Shown here piece after piece: positions 43,350 through 54,623 of a DNA stretch of 64,000 nucleotides. This DNA comes from Chloropicon primus (Eukaryota): positions 372,001 through 436,000 of the forward strand of contig CP060760.1 of NCBI GenBank assembly GCA_023205875.1. The letters are read 5' to 3'. Made by a program: the position numbers and the translations under genes. Positions within the stretch are counted from its first letter, which is position 1; the number at the start of each line of letters is the position of its first letter. The notes beneath the pieces are model-generated. The model ran no database searches. It was not told the origin of the DNA and was given only the letters and a program-made list of their open reading frames with translations.

Positions 43350-45295
43350 TTACTTCCCGGAGACGACTTTCATTCTCCCCTCGATGTCGTTGCACTGCTG
43401 GTCGATCCAAGTCAAAGCCTTGAGCTGGTTGTTGAGGATTCCAACGATAGCGGACAAGGGGTCCGAGGCCGTGGCGGCCGCCCCGGCGCCGATGCCAACC
43501 CCGAGCGCTCCCGTGGACCCGCTGGCCTTGTTCAGCTCGTTGATGGTCTCCCGCAGGTCGTTCGACATGTAGCTCAGCTTCGCGCTGATGTCCTCCGCAG
43601 ACTCGTACATGGCGTCCCTCTGCACGGCGGGGTCGCCCTTGTCGCTGCTATCCCTAGAATCCCGGTAGTTCTGCTCCAGGTCACCCTTAACCTGCTCGAG
43701 AACGTCATCCACTTGCTTTTGGTGGACCTGGAGGATCTCCAGCTGCCTCTCAAGCGCGTCCTGCGAGGCGAGGACGACCCCCAAGTCCGCTTCCAGCTTG
43801 AGCAAGAAGCTCCTGTGCTGTATCAGCTGTCTGTCCCACGAAGCGATGGTGTTGGCGTGCTGGGTGAACGCCTTGCTATCCGTCTGGAGCTCCCTGTGCC
43901 ACTCGTTGATGACCTCCTCAACCGTCCTCGTCCCTATCAGCTCGGTTATCTCTTTGGCCGGCGCAGCCGCAGCAGCCGGGGCTGCTCCTGTGCTAGTTCC
44001 CACCCCTCCAAACGTCGCCGGAGCTGCTGTGAGGGGCGTGCTCGTGGTCGGTGTCGACGCCGCGAGGGGCGACAGCCCCGGAGCGGATGCTGCGGGCTTG
44101 CTAGCGGCCGCGGAAGAGCTAATGGCAGAGCTTGAGGAGGCGAACAGGAAGGATGCCCCGCTCGATGCGGCGGCCGTGCTCGCACCGGAGCCCGCCATGA
44201 AGCCGAAGGACCCGCCTCCTGCGCCAACCCCCCCGCTGGAGGAGGCCGCTGCTGGGGCTGACCCAGCGGCAGCAGCACTTCCAGCGGGAGCTCCCCCGAA
44301 ACTGAACCCGGCCCCACTTGAGGCGCTGGAGAAGGACAAGGCCGCAGGCTTGGAGCTCGAAGCCCCCGCGCTGGCAGAGGACATGAACGAGAATCCCGCC
44401 TGGGACTGTGCCTGAGCCGCCGAGCTCGCGGAACCCTGGGGGTTAAACGTGAAGGAAGGCGTGGAGGCTGCGGGCGCGGCAACCGCGGAGGCGGAGGCCC
44501 CGAAGATGCTCGCTCCCCCGGTCGCCCCGCCGAACGAGACACCCCCCGCGGTGGCTGCCGGAGCCGCCGCAGTGCTGCTGTTGCTGAACGCAAACATGGG
44601 CTTTGAAGCAGGCGAGGCAGAGGGGGCCGATGCCCCAAAGGCTGGCTGGCTCGAGGCTGGGGCCGCTCCGAATGCCGGGGCGGAGCTGGAAGCCGCTGGT
44701 GCGGCCCCGGAGGACATGAAGGAGAAAGCAGGTGAACTCGTCGCACCTGGTGCACCCCCCCCACTCAGCTTGAAACCTCCCGCCGCCGCGCCGAACGACG
44801 ACGCTGCCGCCGACGCTGCACCGAACCCACCGAATCCCGGCGTGCTTGCCGGAGCGCCACCAAACGCCGGCGTGCTTGCCGGGGCGCCACCGAAGGCCGG
44901 TGTGCTTGCCGCTGCTCCACCAAACGCGGGTGTGCTCGCCGCTGCTCCACCAAACGCGGGTGTGCTCGCCGCTGCTCCACCAAACGCCGGCGTGCTTGCC
45001 GCTGCACCACCAAACGCCGGCGTGCTCGCCGCTGCTCCACCAAACGCCGGCGTGCTTGCCGCTGCACCACCAAACGCCGGCGTGCTCGCCGGAGCACCAA
45101 AGGCTGGTGTGCTCGCTCCACCTGCAAGAGCCAAGCCGAGGAGGAAGAAGAAGAAGAAATGAGATCTCGAGTCAGGATCCTTTCGAGGAAAACGAATAGG
45201 AGCGGAACAGAGAGAGCGAGCGAGCGAGAGAAAGAGAGAGACGTACCTCCGAATGCCGGCATTGAGAATCCTCCTCCTGCTCCTCCGAATGCCAT
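43350..45295 (-). CDS. NUP62: FG-nucleoporin NUP62/Nsp1; exons 45295-45247, 45121-43350
   Basis: FG/FSF repeats followed by the Nsp1-C coiled coil (TVEEVINEW..EL...F..HA..I..WDR.L; IVGILNNQLKALTWID). Confidence 0.93.
44830..45118 (-). repeat. 30-bp tandem repeat encoding ASTPAFGGAA (about 9-10 copies)
   Basis: CCAAACGCCGGCGTGCT recurs at a 30-bp period. Confidence 0.9.
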
Positions 45296-45761
45296 GGCTA
45301 TCTTTCCTTTCGCTTGTCCTTCCCTCTTGCACTGTTGCTCAACAACCACAAATACCTCGCGGGCCGACGATCTCCACCGCTCCCCCCACGCCAAGCGCCT
45401 CGTTCGAAAGACCTCCTCGAGACGCACCTCGCTCCTGCTCCCTCGCCGCCGTCCTCTTCGCCCCTTTGGAGCGATCCAAACGCCACCTTCCTTCCCCTAG
45501 CCCAAACCCAAAGCGTCAAGGCAAACGTTTCAGTCTCTCCATTCCTCCACAGAACGCCATTCCCTTCGAGTGAGGTGTCTTTCGAAAGCCCTTGAGATGA
45601 AGGTTCGTCCTTCGACTCGACTTCCCCCCTCCTTCCTCTCCCTTACCCCTTGCGCGCGCTCTAAAACTCACCTCCTCTCGCCCTCTCTTCTCCGACTGCC
45701 GCAAACCCTGAAAAGGTTTTGAAATCGATCGAACGCAGACGACTGACGAGGAGGACGAACG

Positions 45762-46546
45762 ATGGCGACGAAACGAAGCAATGCGTACGCCAAGCTCAAG
45801 ACGGAGACCTCGGAAGAGAACGAGGAGGACCTCTACGACGCCTTCAAGAACTTTCCTCCTCTCAAGGTACGCATGCTCTTGCTCTCTCTCTCTCTCTCTC
45901 TCCTCTCTTGCTCTTCTTCAAGATGGATCGTATCGATGGGTTGGAAAGCTTTGTGTGTGTGTGCCTTGAGGATGGACGAGTCCTGGCGTGGACTCGGATT
46001 GTTTCGGAGGTCGGAGGGAAGCTGACTCTTGCTCTTCGTCCTGTACTCTCTGGTTTCTTGTGCGCTTTCTTTCTTTGGACGCCCCTTGGGAAACCAACCA
46101 CCATCTTCTTCTTCTGAAGCCTGCGGAGAGGGACCCTCGCTTCGAGTCTCAGCTCATCAAGCGGACGCCTTGGAGAGAGATTGTTCTAGCGGTCTTCTTG
46201 CTTATGATGGGGACGTCCATGTACGTCGTGGCTCTGCTTTGCCACTACGGGCACATCCACCCCAAGAGAGTCTCGGTAAGCAGAGCAGAGCACGAGGAGG
46301 GGGACGGGAGACGGACGGGCGGACGGAGGTGCTTCTGCCTGGTCCTCCTCCTCCTCGTTGAGCTTGGAAACCCATTTTCCTCCTGACCACGACTTGACTT
46401 GCTGTGTGTTCTTGTGTGAGCAGAAGGGCGGGTTCTTTGGCCTTGGCACCCTGGTCTTCATGCCAGGCTTTTACATGACTCGGATCGCGTACTACACGTG
46501 GAGGGGGCACAAAGGGTACTCCTTCGACTACATCCCGCACCAATAG
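45762..46546 (+). CDS. TMEM230: TMEM230/UPF0414-family membrane protein; exons 45762-45866, 46120-46275, 46424-46546
   Basis: [15 protein letters not shown] and [27 protein letters not shown]; two phase-0 introns. Confidence 0.85.
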
Positions 46547-46911
46547 GGTTCGGCGAGGACTTGCGGCGGGGCGAGGACTTGCCAAGTGAAGAAGAAGAAG
46601 ACTCCTCAAAAACCTGTACATCAATACGGAACTTTATTCATTTTTCTAGGAAGGGGCGGACGACGACGACGACGACGACGACCGGCAACAAGTTTGTTTT
46701 AATCTAAGACGAAGTAACGCATTTATTCACAAACACAAACAAACACATTAGGCTTCTAACAGTCGTTATTAAGGAGATGGCTCAAGTCTCTCAAGGCACT
46801 GGGGAGCAAAAGCCATCCGATGAAAGAAAAAGAATCAAAAATCAAATCGCCGACGCCGCCGCGCGCGCGCCACAAGCACTGTGAGCCAACTTTTTAGTAA
46901 CAAAAGTCAAC

Positions 46912-47632
46912 TTAGATTCTGCAGATGAATCCAGCCATCTGGCACTGCCTGACGTTGTCGAATCCGACAACCCTGACTCTGTAGCCTGGGTACTCGTCCT
47001 GGCACTCCTGGATCTCCTTGAGGACCTCATCTCCGGACTGGCATCCGAACATGGGGAGCTTCCACATGGTCCAGTACCTGTTCTCGTAGAGAGCAGGGCC
47101 AGCGAAGAACAACTGGTTGGTGTCGGCCTCCTCCTGGGAAGCGAACTCGATGCATGGAGCCCAGCCGTTGCCGACCAAGTAGTCGATCTGCCTGGAGATC
47201 TCCGCGTCGGACAGAGGGGGCAAGTACGACAAGCACTCGTACCTCTTCTCAGGCTTGAGGACCTGTGTGGGTTGAGGAAGAAAGAGCAGAGGAAAGAAGG
47301 AAGACGAAGAGGCGTCAGTGGTTGGTTGTTGGTTGGTTGAAGATCAACACTATCTCATCGTCTCGTCGTGTTGTCGTCGCTTGCGGGAGAGGGAGGAGGG
47401 AGCGCCTTCCTCGGATCAGGTGGATACTCGCTCTCTCCCCCCTCTCCCGCGCGCGCTTGGCCTCCCCCTTGCTTCTCCTTCCTCTTCTTCCTTGTGCCTC
47501 GGGAATAAGATAAGATCTTACCTGCATGCCGGACATCATGACGGGCCTTCTGGTGGCCTTGGAGGCGACCTTCCTGGACTGGGTTGGCCTGGCGACGAGG
47601 GCCTTTCTGCTGGACATAACCATGGAGTTCAT
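46912..47632 (-). CDS. RBCS: Rubisco small subunit, intron-containing copy; exons 47632-47522, 47262-46912
   Basis: Transit peptide, LSYLPPL, RYWTMWKLPMFG, GFDNVRQCQ; 259-nt GT-AG intron at MQ|V. Confidence 0.97.
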
Positions 47633-48179
47633 GATGCTGATGAGTGTCTTTGGTTTTGAGTTGATTGACAAGGACAAGGTACTTGGGCGACAGACTTCTT
47701 CTGGCTTTTGTGAGGAAACCTCCTTTCACGGACAAAGCAAAACGTGCTGCACAAGAAAAAACAAAGGCGATCTTCTCCCTTCTTTTCGTCCGTCCATCGG
47801 ATTTTTTGGATTTTTTGGAGAAGATAAGATGGACGTGATGTGGATAGAGAGTAGAAAATGCAGCTTGGAGGGGGAGAAAACATTATGTTCGACGAGTGAA
47901 GTGCGATGCAAGAATGCGTGGTCCACAAGCGATCTTGCCGTGGAGTAGATAAGGCGAACGAAAGCAAAACCACTGGTTCTCGCCCACGTTTAGATTTACC
48001 TAATCTGAGGTCCAGGACGACGCCGCGAGACAGATCAGAACCGTTCCTTTTTTGGTTCTGAGATCTCCTTTTTTTTGGTTTCCACTCGACCCCGCGAGAG
48101 GGAGGAGATCAGAATACGACGAGCTCCTGTCGACGCAGAACGAAAGCAACCAAAAACCCGAAACACAAGAGAAGTCAAC
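47633..48179. promoter_or_regulatory. Shared divergent RBCS promoter region with I-box-like GATAAG motifs
   Basis: 547 bp between the two ATGs; GATAAG at 47823 and 47948; CCACGT near 47984. Confidence 0.55.
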
Positions 48180-48641
48180 ATGAACTCCATGGTTATGTCC
48201 AGCAGAAAGGCCCTCGTTGCCAGGCCAACCCAGTCCAGGAAGGTCGCCTCCAAGGCCACCAGAAGGCCCGTCATGATGTCCGGCATGCAGGTCCTCAAGC
48301 CTGAGAAGAGGTACGAGTGCTTGTCCTACTTGCCCCCTCTGTCCGACGAGGAGATCTCCAGGCAGATCGACTACTTGGTCGGCAACGGCTGGGCTCCATG
48401 CATCGAGTTCGCTTCCCAGGAGGAGGCCGACACCAACCAGTTGTTCTTCGCTGGCCCTGCTCTCTACGAGAACAGGTACTGGACCATGTGGAAGCTCCCC
48501 ATGTTCGGATGCCAGTCCGGAGATGAGGTCCTCAAGGAGATCCAGGAGTGCCAGGACGAGTACCCAGGCTACAGAGTCAGGGTTGTCGGATTCGACAACG
48601 TCAGGCAGTGCCAGATGGCTGGATTCATCTGCAGAATCTAA
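48180..48641 (+). CDS. RBCS: Rubisco small subunit, intronless copy
   Basis: Same protein as the minus-strand copy except SDEEIS versus SDAEIS. Confidence 0.97.
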   Translation: MNSMVMSSRKALVARPTQSRKVASKATRRPVMMSGMQVLKPEKRYECLSYLPPLSDEEISRQIDYLVGNGWAPCIEFASQEEADTNQLFFAGPALYENRYWTMWKLPMFGCQSGDEVLKEIQECQDEYPGYRVRVVGFDNVRQCQMAGFICRI

Positions 48642-48989
48642 GTTGACTTTCTGAGGCTTAGAGAGAGGAGAGGTTTTAGGGAGAAGGGTATACCATACAC
48701 ACAGAAGTACTCTTTTGTACGATAAGATTAATAAGAAATGAAACATTTAAATGAGCTTCCTAGCTTTCCTTTCGACCGACCGAAGGCACACACTCCCTCC
48801 CTCCCTAGACCAAGACGCTCATCATTCTCTCTCTCTCTCTCTGCAGCAAGAACGAGAACAGGAACGGGAACAGGAACAAGAACGACATCACAAGCTCCTG
48901 GAGGCTGCGCCCGCCCGCCCGTCTTCCTCCTCCTCCTCGTCGTTGTCCCCATCATCCCCTTCCTCCTGCATCCATCCAGCACACACACG

Positions 48990-49045
<56 letters not shown>

Positions 49046-49197
49046 GTTTTGTGTGGTTTTGGAAAGTCACAGGCAGAAACAAGGGCGGCGAGCGAGGTTT
49101 CCAGCGCAGCAGCAAAGCTCCGTCGCGGCTCCTTCTTGTTGAGCTCACTCCCCTGTCCTTGACCTCGACGACTCCTCGGCGTCATCCATCATCCACC

Positions 49198-50664
49198 ATG
49201 GCGGCGGCGGTGTCGGAGGAGGCCGCCTCTCGCGCCGAGGAGCACAAGCTCCAGGCGAATGCTTACATCAAGGAAAAGAAGTTCGCGTTGGCGGTGGAGT
49301 ATTACAACAAAGCGATCGACCTGAACCCTGGGAACCATGTGTATTACGGGAACAGGTCCTTGGCCCAGATCAGGCTGGAGAACTACGGGAGCGCGATCAT
49401 CGATGCGGACAAGTGCATCGAGCTGAACCCAGGCTACGTGAAGGCGTACTACCGTCGAGCGGATGCCAACTTGGCGTTGAACAAGCTCAAGCTCGCGCTG
49501 CTGGACTTTCGGAGAGCGAGCAAGTACGCGCCCAAGGATCCCGACCTGAGGAGGAAGCTCCAGCAATGCGAGAAGGCGGTGAGGGTTCTGAACTTCGAGA
49601 AGGCTTTGGCGACGCCCAAGGAGGAGATCATCCCGGAGCACACGAAGATCGTTTTGGAGGACATCGTCGTGGAGGACACGCACACCGGGTGCAGGATGAC
49701 GCAGAACGAGGAGGGGAAGGACGTGGTGACGCTGGAATTCGTGCTGGACATGATCGAGGACTTCAAGAAGGGGAAGAATTTGCACAAGAGGTACGCTTAC
49801 GCCATCATACTGGGAGCGCTGGAGGTCATCAGGGAGCTGCCGAACGTGGTGCACGTGGAGAGTCCCAAGGGTGGGAAGTTCACCGTCTGCGGTGACGTGC
49901 ACGGCCAGTTTTACGACTTTCTGAACATTTTCGAGCTCAACGGCATGCCGAGCGAGACCAACCCTTACCTGTTCAACGGAGACTTCGTGGACAGGGGGTC
50001 CTGGAGCGCGGAGATCATCTTCACGCTCTTCGCGCTCAAGTGCCTGTACCCGAGCTCCTTGCACTTGGCCCGCGGGAACCACGAGACCAAGAACATGAAC
50101 AAGCTTTACGGGTTCGAGGGGGAGATCCAGGCCAAGTACACGAACCAGATGGCGGACGTGTTCCGCGAGGTGTTCTGCTGGCTGCCGCTCGGCCACATCA
50201 TCAACGACAAGGCCTTCGTGGTCCACGGCGGCCTGTTCGCCTCGGATGACGTCACGATCGCGGACCTCCAGTCCTTCGACAGGAACAGGGAGCCCCCGGA
50301 TGAGGGCTACATGTGCGAGATGCTGTGGAGCGACCCGCAGGAGGCTCTCGGGCGGGCCCCGAGCAAGAGGGGCGTCGCGCTCCAGTTCGGGCCCGACATC
50401 ACCAAGGCTTTCTTGGAGAGGAACAACCTCGAGCTGGTGATCAGGAGTCACGAAGTCAGGGACGAAGGCTACACCGTGGAGCACGACGGCTTCTTGGTCA
50501 CCGTGTTCAGCGCCCCGAACTACTGCGACCACATGGGGAACAAGGGCGCTTTCATTACCTTCAGCGGGGACGATTTCAAGATGAACTTCACGCAGTTCTC
50601 GGCCGTGGAGCACCCGGACGTGAAGCCCATGGCCTACGCGAACAACTACTTGTTCGGCGGTTGA
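49198..50664 (+). CDS. PP5: Serine/threonine protein phosphatase 5
   Basis: N-terminal TPRs; GDVHGQ, GDFVDRG, RGNHE, HGG, SAPNYC. Confidence 0.96.
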   Translation: MAAAVSEEAASRAEEHKLQANAYIKEKKFALAVEYYNKAIDLNPGNHVYYGNRSLAQIRLENYGSAIIDADKCIELNPGYVKAYYRRADANLALNKLKLALLDFRRASKYAPKDPDLRRKLQQCEKAVRVLNFEKALATPKEEIIPEHTKIVLEDIVVEDTHTGCRMTQNEEGKDVVTLEFVLDMIEDFKKGKNLHKRYAYAIILGALEVIRELPNVVHVESPKGGKFTVCGDVHGQFYDFLNIFELNGMPSETNPYLFNGDFVDRGSWSAEIIFTLFALKCLYPSSLHLARGNHETKNMNKLYGFEGEIQAKYTNQMADVFREVFCWLPLGHIINDKAFVVHGGLFASDDVTIADLQSFDRNREPPDEGYMCEMLWSDPQEALGRAPSKRGVALQFGPDITKAFLERNNLELVIRSHEVRDEGYTVEHDGFLVTVFSAPNYCDHMGNKGAFITFSGDDFKMNFTQFSAVEHPDVKPMAYANNYLFGG

Positions 50665-50826
50665 TGATGATGCGGGAGTTTGGTGGGCTGGGGCTGGTGC
50701 GAGCGACCGCAGGCTACAAACCTCTTATCAATGCAGGCATGTCCTGGGCTTGGGGGTTTGTTATTTATTTGTTGGCACGGCGCTTGCGCGTTTGATGATT
50801 GATTCGGTGGTGAATTTTCATAATAT

Positions 50827-51622
50827 TTACAAAAGCTTTAACTTCCCCGTAACGCTGTTGACGTCCTTCTCGTTCCAGGGCCCAACCGCCATGACTGTTC
50901 GGCTGTTTGGTGCCACCTGCGTCCTGCCCGCGTCGACGACGATGTACGTTGGCACGCCCGTCTCCTTCGCACGCTGGTACAGCTCGAGCATCGCCTCCTC
51001 GTTTGGCACCTGCAGGGTCACCTTTGGCTGCCCGCATTCTTCCCACACCCTCAGCACGGGGTCTCGCCTCCTCCACAGCTTCTTCCACACGCCAAGGCAA
51101 GCGTGGCAACACTGCGCTGCTATCTTCCCCTTGGACATCTTCAAGTCCATCCGAACGCAGAGCACCATCTTGTACGATGCCTCCGGGTCCAAGTTGGACG
51201 CTGCTCGAGCAAGAGACGATCGTACGTCAGTCCAGCGAACACGAGCACGAAGCGAAGCAAACGCGGAGGCAGAGAGAGAGAGAGGGAGAGAGGGATCGCG
51301 CAATTTATGTGTGATCCGGCGCCAAGGGATCGACCGTCAAAGGGATCGACCGAGAGGAAACCTTTCGACCGCCGCGGTGGAAGCTCGTCGGGACCCAATT
51401 CGCGAACTCGAACCTCTGCTCCGTCTCTTCCCGTGGTTGTCGATCCCCCTCTTCCTTACCTTTCGACCGAGGCTTTGCTCGAGGTTTTCGCGTCGTTCCA
51501 TAGTAAATGCCGCAAGTGAAAGCCGCTGCAGCGCTCACGAGAGCCGCTGCGCCGACGAGGGCGGCCGTTACTTTCGTCAAGCTCTTGTCGCTCGCGACCA
51601 GCTTGTCAAGCACGCTCGCCAT
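50827..51622 (-). CDS. PTH2: Peptidyl-tRNA hydrolase 2; exons 51622-51460, 51200-50827
   Basis: N-terminal TM anchor; KMVLCVRMDLKMSKGKIAAQCCHA, GQPKV, DAGRTQV, VTGKLKLL. Confidence 0.93.
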
Positions 51623-51886
51623 CTTTCTCCTGCTGCGAGGGGTGAGAGTGGTTGCCTGAGAGAGGCAGCGGATGTATTCGACTGAGATCGCGGGCGGATG
51701 CATGGCTACATGGATGGGGATGGAGAGAAGGGAAGGGAAGGGAGGTAGTGGAGGTGGATGTGGAGTGGGATTGTGATGGCGATGATCCGGGTCCCCATCA
51801 TCGGACCTGTGATCACGCAGGACACGCTGCTGCTTCTGGCTGATGCATTACTTGGATTCCATGAATCGGTTTGGTTTGGTGTGCGT

Positions 51887-54241
51887 TTACCTGATGTTCA
51901 AGCCTCTCGCCTTAAGGGTTTCGAACCAGAGGAAGCCTTTGGAGGACGCCAGGTCCATTCGGACGACTCTCTCGGGCAAGCCGACTTGGACGGTGTACAA
52001 GATGTCGTCGGCCGACTTGCCGGCTTCGCTCGTGTTGATGCTGGTAACGTCCTTGAGGGCAAACCTCCTGACGCCCTCGGTGTGGATGAGCCACGAGCCT
52101 TTCTTCATCTTCACCCACTCCAGGAACTTGCCGTCGGAAGAGACCCGGACGAGCCTATTGTACGGCCTTTTGTTCCTCCCCCACTTGATCACGGGGATGC
52201 CGCATTTCAGCCACTCGTCGAGGGAGTCTATGTGAGCCGCCTTCCTCCTCTCCGAGACCTCGACGCCCTGTTTGACGTTGGTCCTCTCCGTCTCGATCTC
52301 CCGCTCCTTGGCGCTCGTCAGGGCAGTCCACAGGATCTGCTCCGTGATCGCGGAGCAGCACGCCTGAGACTCGCTCCTCCTCTGCTCCTCCTCGTACTGT
52401 GCTATCTTCTTCTGCATGCTGCTCACGAGCGCGTGCAGAATCCCTTTCTCGTCGTTCCACTGCAGCTTGTCTTGGTTGCATCGCTGCCCGAGGACCTGGG
52501 CCTTCGCACGAGCCTCAGTCAGCGCCCCCTCCAGACCCTCGATCTTGGTGCTGGTCTGGTTCAGGATGTCCACCATGGACTGCATCTTGTTCTCGATCTC
52601 TGCTGCTCCCGATTCGTGCAAGCCGATGGACGTCTCGATCCACTGAATCCTTTCGATGTGGTCCTTCAGCTGAATCTGTTGGGTGGCAAGGTCGCCCTGG
52701 AGCCTCTCGATCGTGGCCAAGGCATCCGCCAGCTGCTTCTTGAGCTGACCATTCTCCCTGGTGAGCCTGACGCTCGATTCGTGGGCAGCCTCCGCCTCGC
52801 TCGCTGCCTTTTCTCTCTCGGTTTTCAGGTCCTGCTTCATGAAGAGAGCCTCCCCAGTGATCCTGACCGTGTCCTTCTCCAAGGCCGAGAACTTTTCACT
52901 CAAATCGGCGTACTTGGCCTTCACGTCCTTGAGTTCTGTGGCATTGGCCTGGTTGCTCTTCGCCACCACCTCGTGCTCGCCCTTGAGAGCCTGCAACTCC
53001 TCTTCCATCTGCATCTTCTCCCCCGTGATTCTCTGCAGGGCTTCCGTTTGCTCTAGCTTAACCACCGATGCGGCGGAGGCCAAGTCGGCGATCAGCTCCT
53101 TGGGGGACGTGCACACCGTCATCTCGTTGACGGTCGGACTCGTTGCCACGCTCATCGCCCTGTACGCGAACTCAAGGGTAGAGATCGACTCGTTGGCATG
53201 GATTCGTTCCGGGGCCACGCACACCAGGAGATTCACCCGAGCAGTGCCACTGAGCGACGGCTCAAGGAACTTGGTCAAGACGGAGTCCCTGTACGGGACG
53301 TGGCCCTTCTTGAAGGCGAGGGCCTGGACGCACTGCCCCAGGACCAGCAAAGAGTTGTTGATCTTCTTCGCTTCCGTGAATTGGATTCCCGAGGACTTGC
53401 TCTTCTTGACCCTCTCGCTTCCGGCAAGATCGATGATGGAAAGGATCCCCTGCCTCCCCCGAAGGACCACGTCCTTCTTGGCCTCGCTGCTGCAGTCCTC
53501 CCCCTCACTATCGGAGGCCTGCGCACTTTCCTTCTCCATCTGCTCCTTCTTCACGACGTCCGACCGGTTGTGCCTCTGGACCTTGATCATCAAAACGGCA
53601 TGGGACCGACTCGAGTGCTTGTTCATCTCGGTCTCGGCATACACCAACCTCTTTCTCCCGTTGCTTATGACAGACACGAGGTACTCCGGGGTCTTGCACT
53701 TGTACCAAGACAGCCCTTCGACCTCCCAGCTCTTCTCGTTCGTCATGGTGAGACGAAGGTTGGTGTTCTTGGGCTTGAGAAGGTCATCGATCTGCTCGTT
53801 GTATATCTGGCACATCGCAACGCTTACCGTGAACATCCCCATGAAATCAGCAGCCATTGCGATGTACAAGTCAGTCACTATCCTTGGCACCAACCCAGGT
53901 TGATTCAACTCCCCTTTGGCTGAACCGTTCGCCATGTTGAGCAACGAATGGGTCTTTCCTGCTCCCGTTTGCCCGTAAGCCATGATGCATCCATTGTATC
54001 CCTTGAGTACATCTTGGATCACCGGGCGACCCACCACATCGTAGACTGCTTGCTGCCCATCCTTCTCCCCGAAGAGTCTGTCGTACACAAAAGTTTTCTC
54101 GCTCTTCTTGGTGACTGAGATCCTCACGGACTTGTCACCCGCCTGCCTCGTTGCTTTCTCCTCCTTGCCCTTCACAGGACGAACCCGAACGAAGACATTC
54201 ACCCTCGAGTTGTCACTCTCGTAATCCCCTTCCTTGTCCAT
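51887..54241 (-). CDS. Kinesin with coiled coil and C-terminal PH-like domain
   Basis: GYNGCIMAYGQTGAGKT, MNKHSSRSH, IDLAGSER, HVPYRDSVLTKFL; C-terminal GIPVIKWGRNKRPYNRLVRVSSDGKFLEW. Confidence 0.88.
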   Translation of the reverse strand: MDKEGDYESDNSRVNVFVRVRPVKGKEEKATRQAGDKSVRISVTKKSEKTFVYDRLFGEKDGQQAVYDVVGRPVIQDVLKGYNGCIMAYGQTGAGKTHSLLNMANGSAKGELNQPGLVPRIVTDLYIAMAADFMGMFTVSVAMCQIYNEQIDDLLKPKNTNLRLTMTNEKSWEVEGLSWYKCKTPEYLVSVISNGRKRLVYAETEMNKHSSRSHAVLMIKVQRHNRSDVVKKEQMEKESAQASDSEGEDCSSEAKKDVVLRGRQGILSIIDLAGSERVKKSKSSGIQFTEAKKINNSLLVLGQCVQALAFKKGHVPYRDSVLTKFLEPSLSGTARVNLLVCVAPERIHANESISTLEFAYRAMSVATSPTVNEMTVCTSPKELIADLASAASVVKLEQTEALQRITGEKMQMEEELQALKGEHEVVAKSNQANATELKDVKAKYADLSEKFSALEKDTVRITGEALFMKQDLKTEREKAASEAEAAHESSVRLTRENGQLKKQLADALATIERLQGDLATQQIQLKDHIERIQWIETSIGLHESGAAEIENKMQSMVDILNQTSTKIEGLEGALTEARAKAQVLGQRCNQDKLQWNDEKGILHALVSSMQKKIAQYEEEQRRSESQACCSAITEQILWTALTSAKEREIETERTNVKQGVEVSERRKAAHIDSLDEWLKCGIPVIKWGRNKRPYNRLVRVSSDGKFLEWVKMKKGSWLIHTEGVRRFALKDVTSINTSEAGKSADDILYTVQVGLPERVVRMDLASSKGFLWFETLKARGLNIR

Positions 54242-54623
54242 CACGAGCGAGCGCCCTCTCCCTCTCCCTCTGCGTCTGCCCGCCTGTGTGTGAGTGTTGG
54301 TTGTGGCCTCCACTCAGGAACACCTTTGCTCTTGCTCTTCAAGGGATTGGATTGGAATGGATTGAACTGAAGGACAAGCAAAGGTCAAGCCTTGGCAAAA
54401 GTTTTGAGCAAGGTCAAGCCTTGCCGAGGTTCTCTTGCCTCCTCTTTGATTGTCTTGTCCTCGGATGGAGGGGTGATGACCGCGCTTTGTCTGTTGTTCT
54501 GGTTTTCGTAAGGTCTGCAGAGATTGCGGAGACAGAGGAGAGAGAGGAGAGGAGAGGGAGGAGAGGACAGGACGACGAGGATGTGGGGTTTGATTAAGAC
54601 AATACATGAAAGGGAAAGAAGGC

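Noticed and set aside
49189..50613. 474-aa minus-strand ORF over PP5, and similar ones over the WD40-like, kinesin, nucleotidase and RPS9 genes
   Set aside because: Codon-bias shadow ORFs
51622..51890. Possible spliced kinesin-PTH2 read-through fusion via AG|GTAAAC near 51889
   Set aside because: The kinesin has a stop right after its PH-like domain and PTH2 has its own ATG and anchor; no supporting evidence without transcripts
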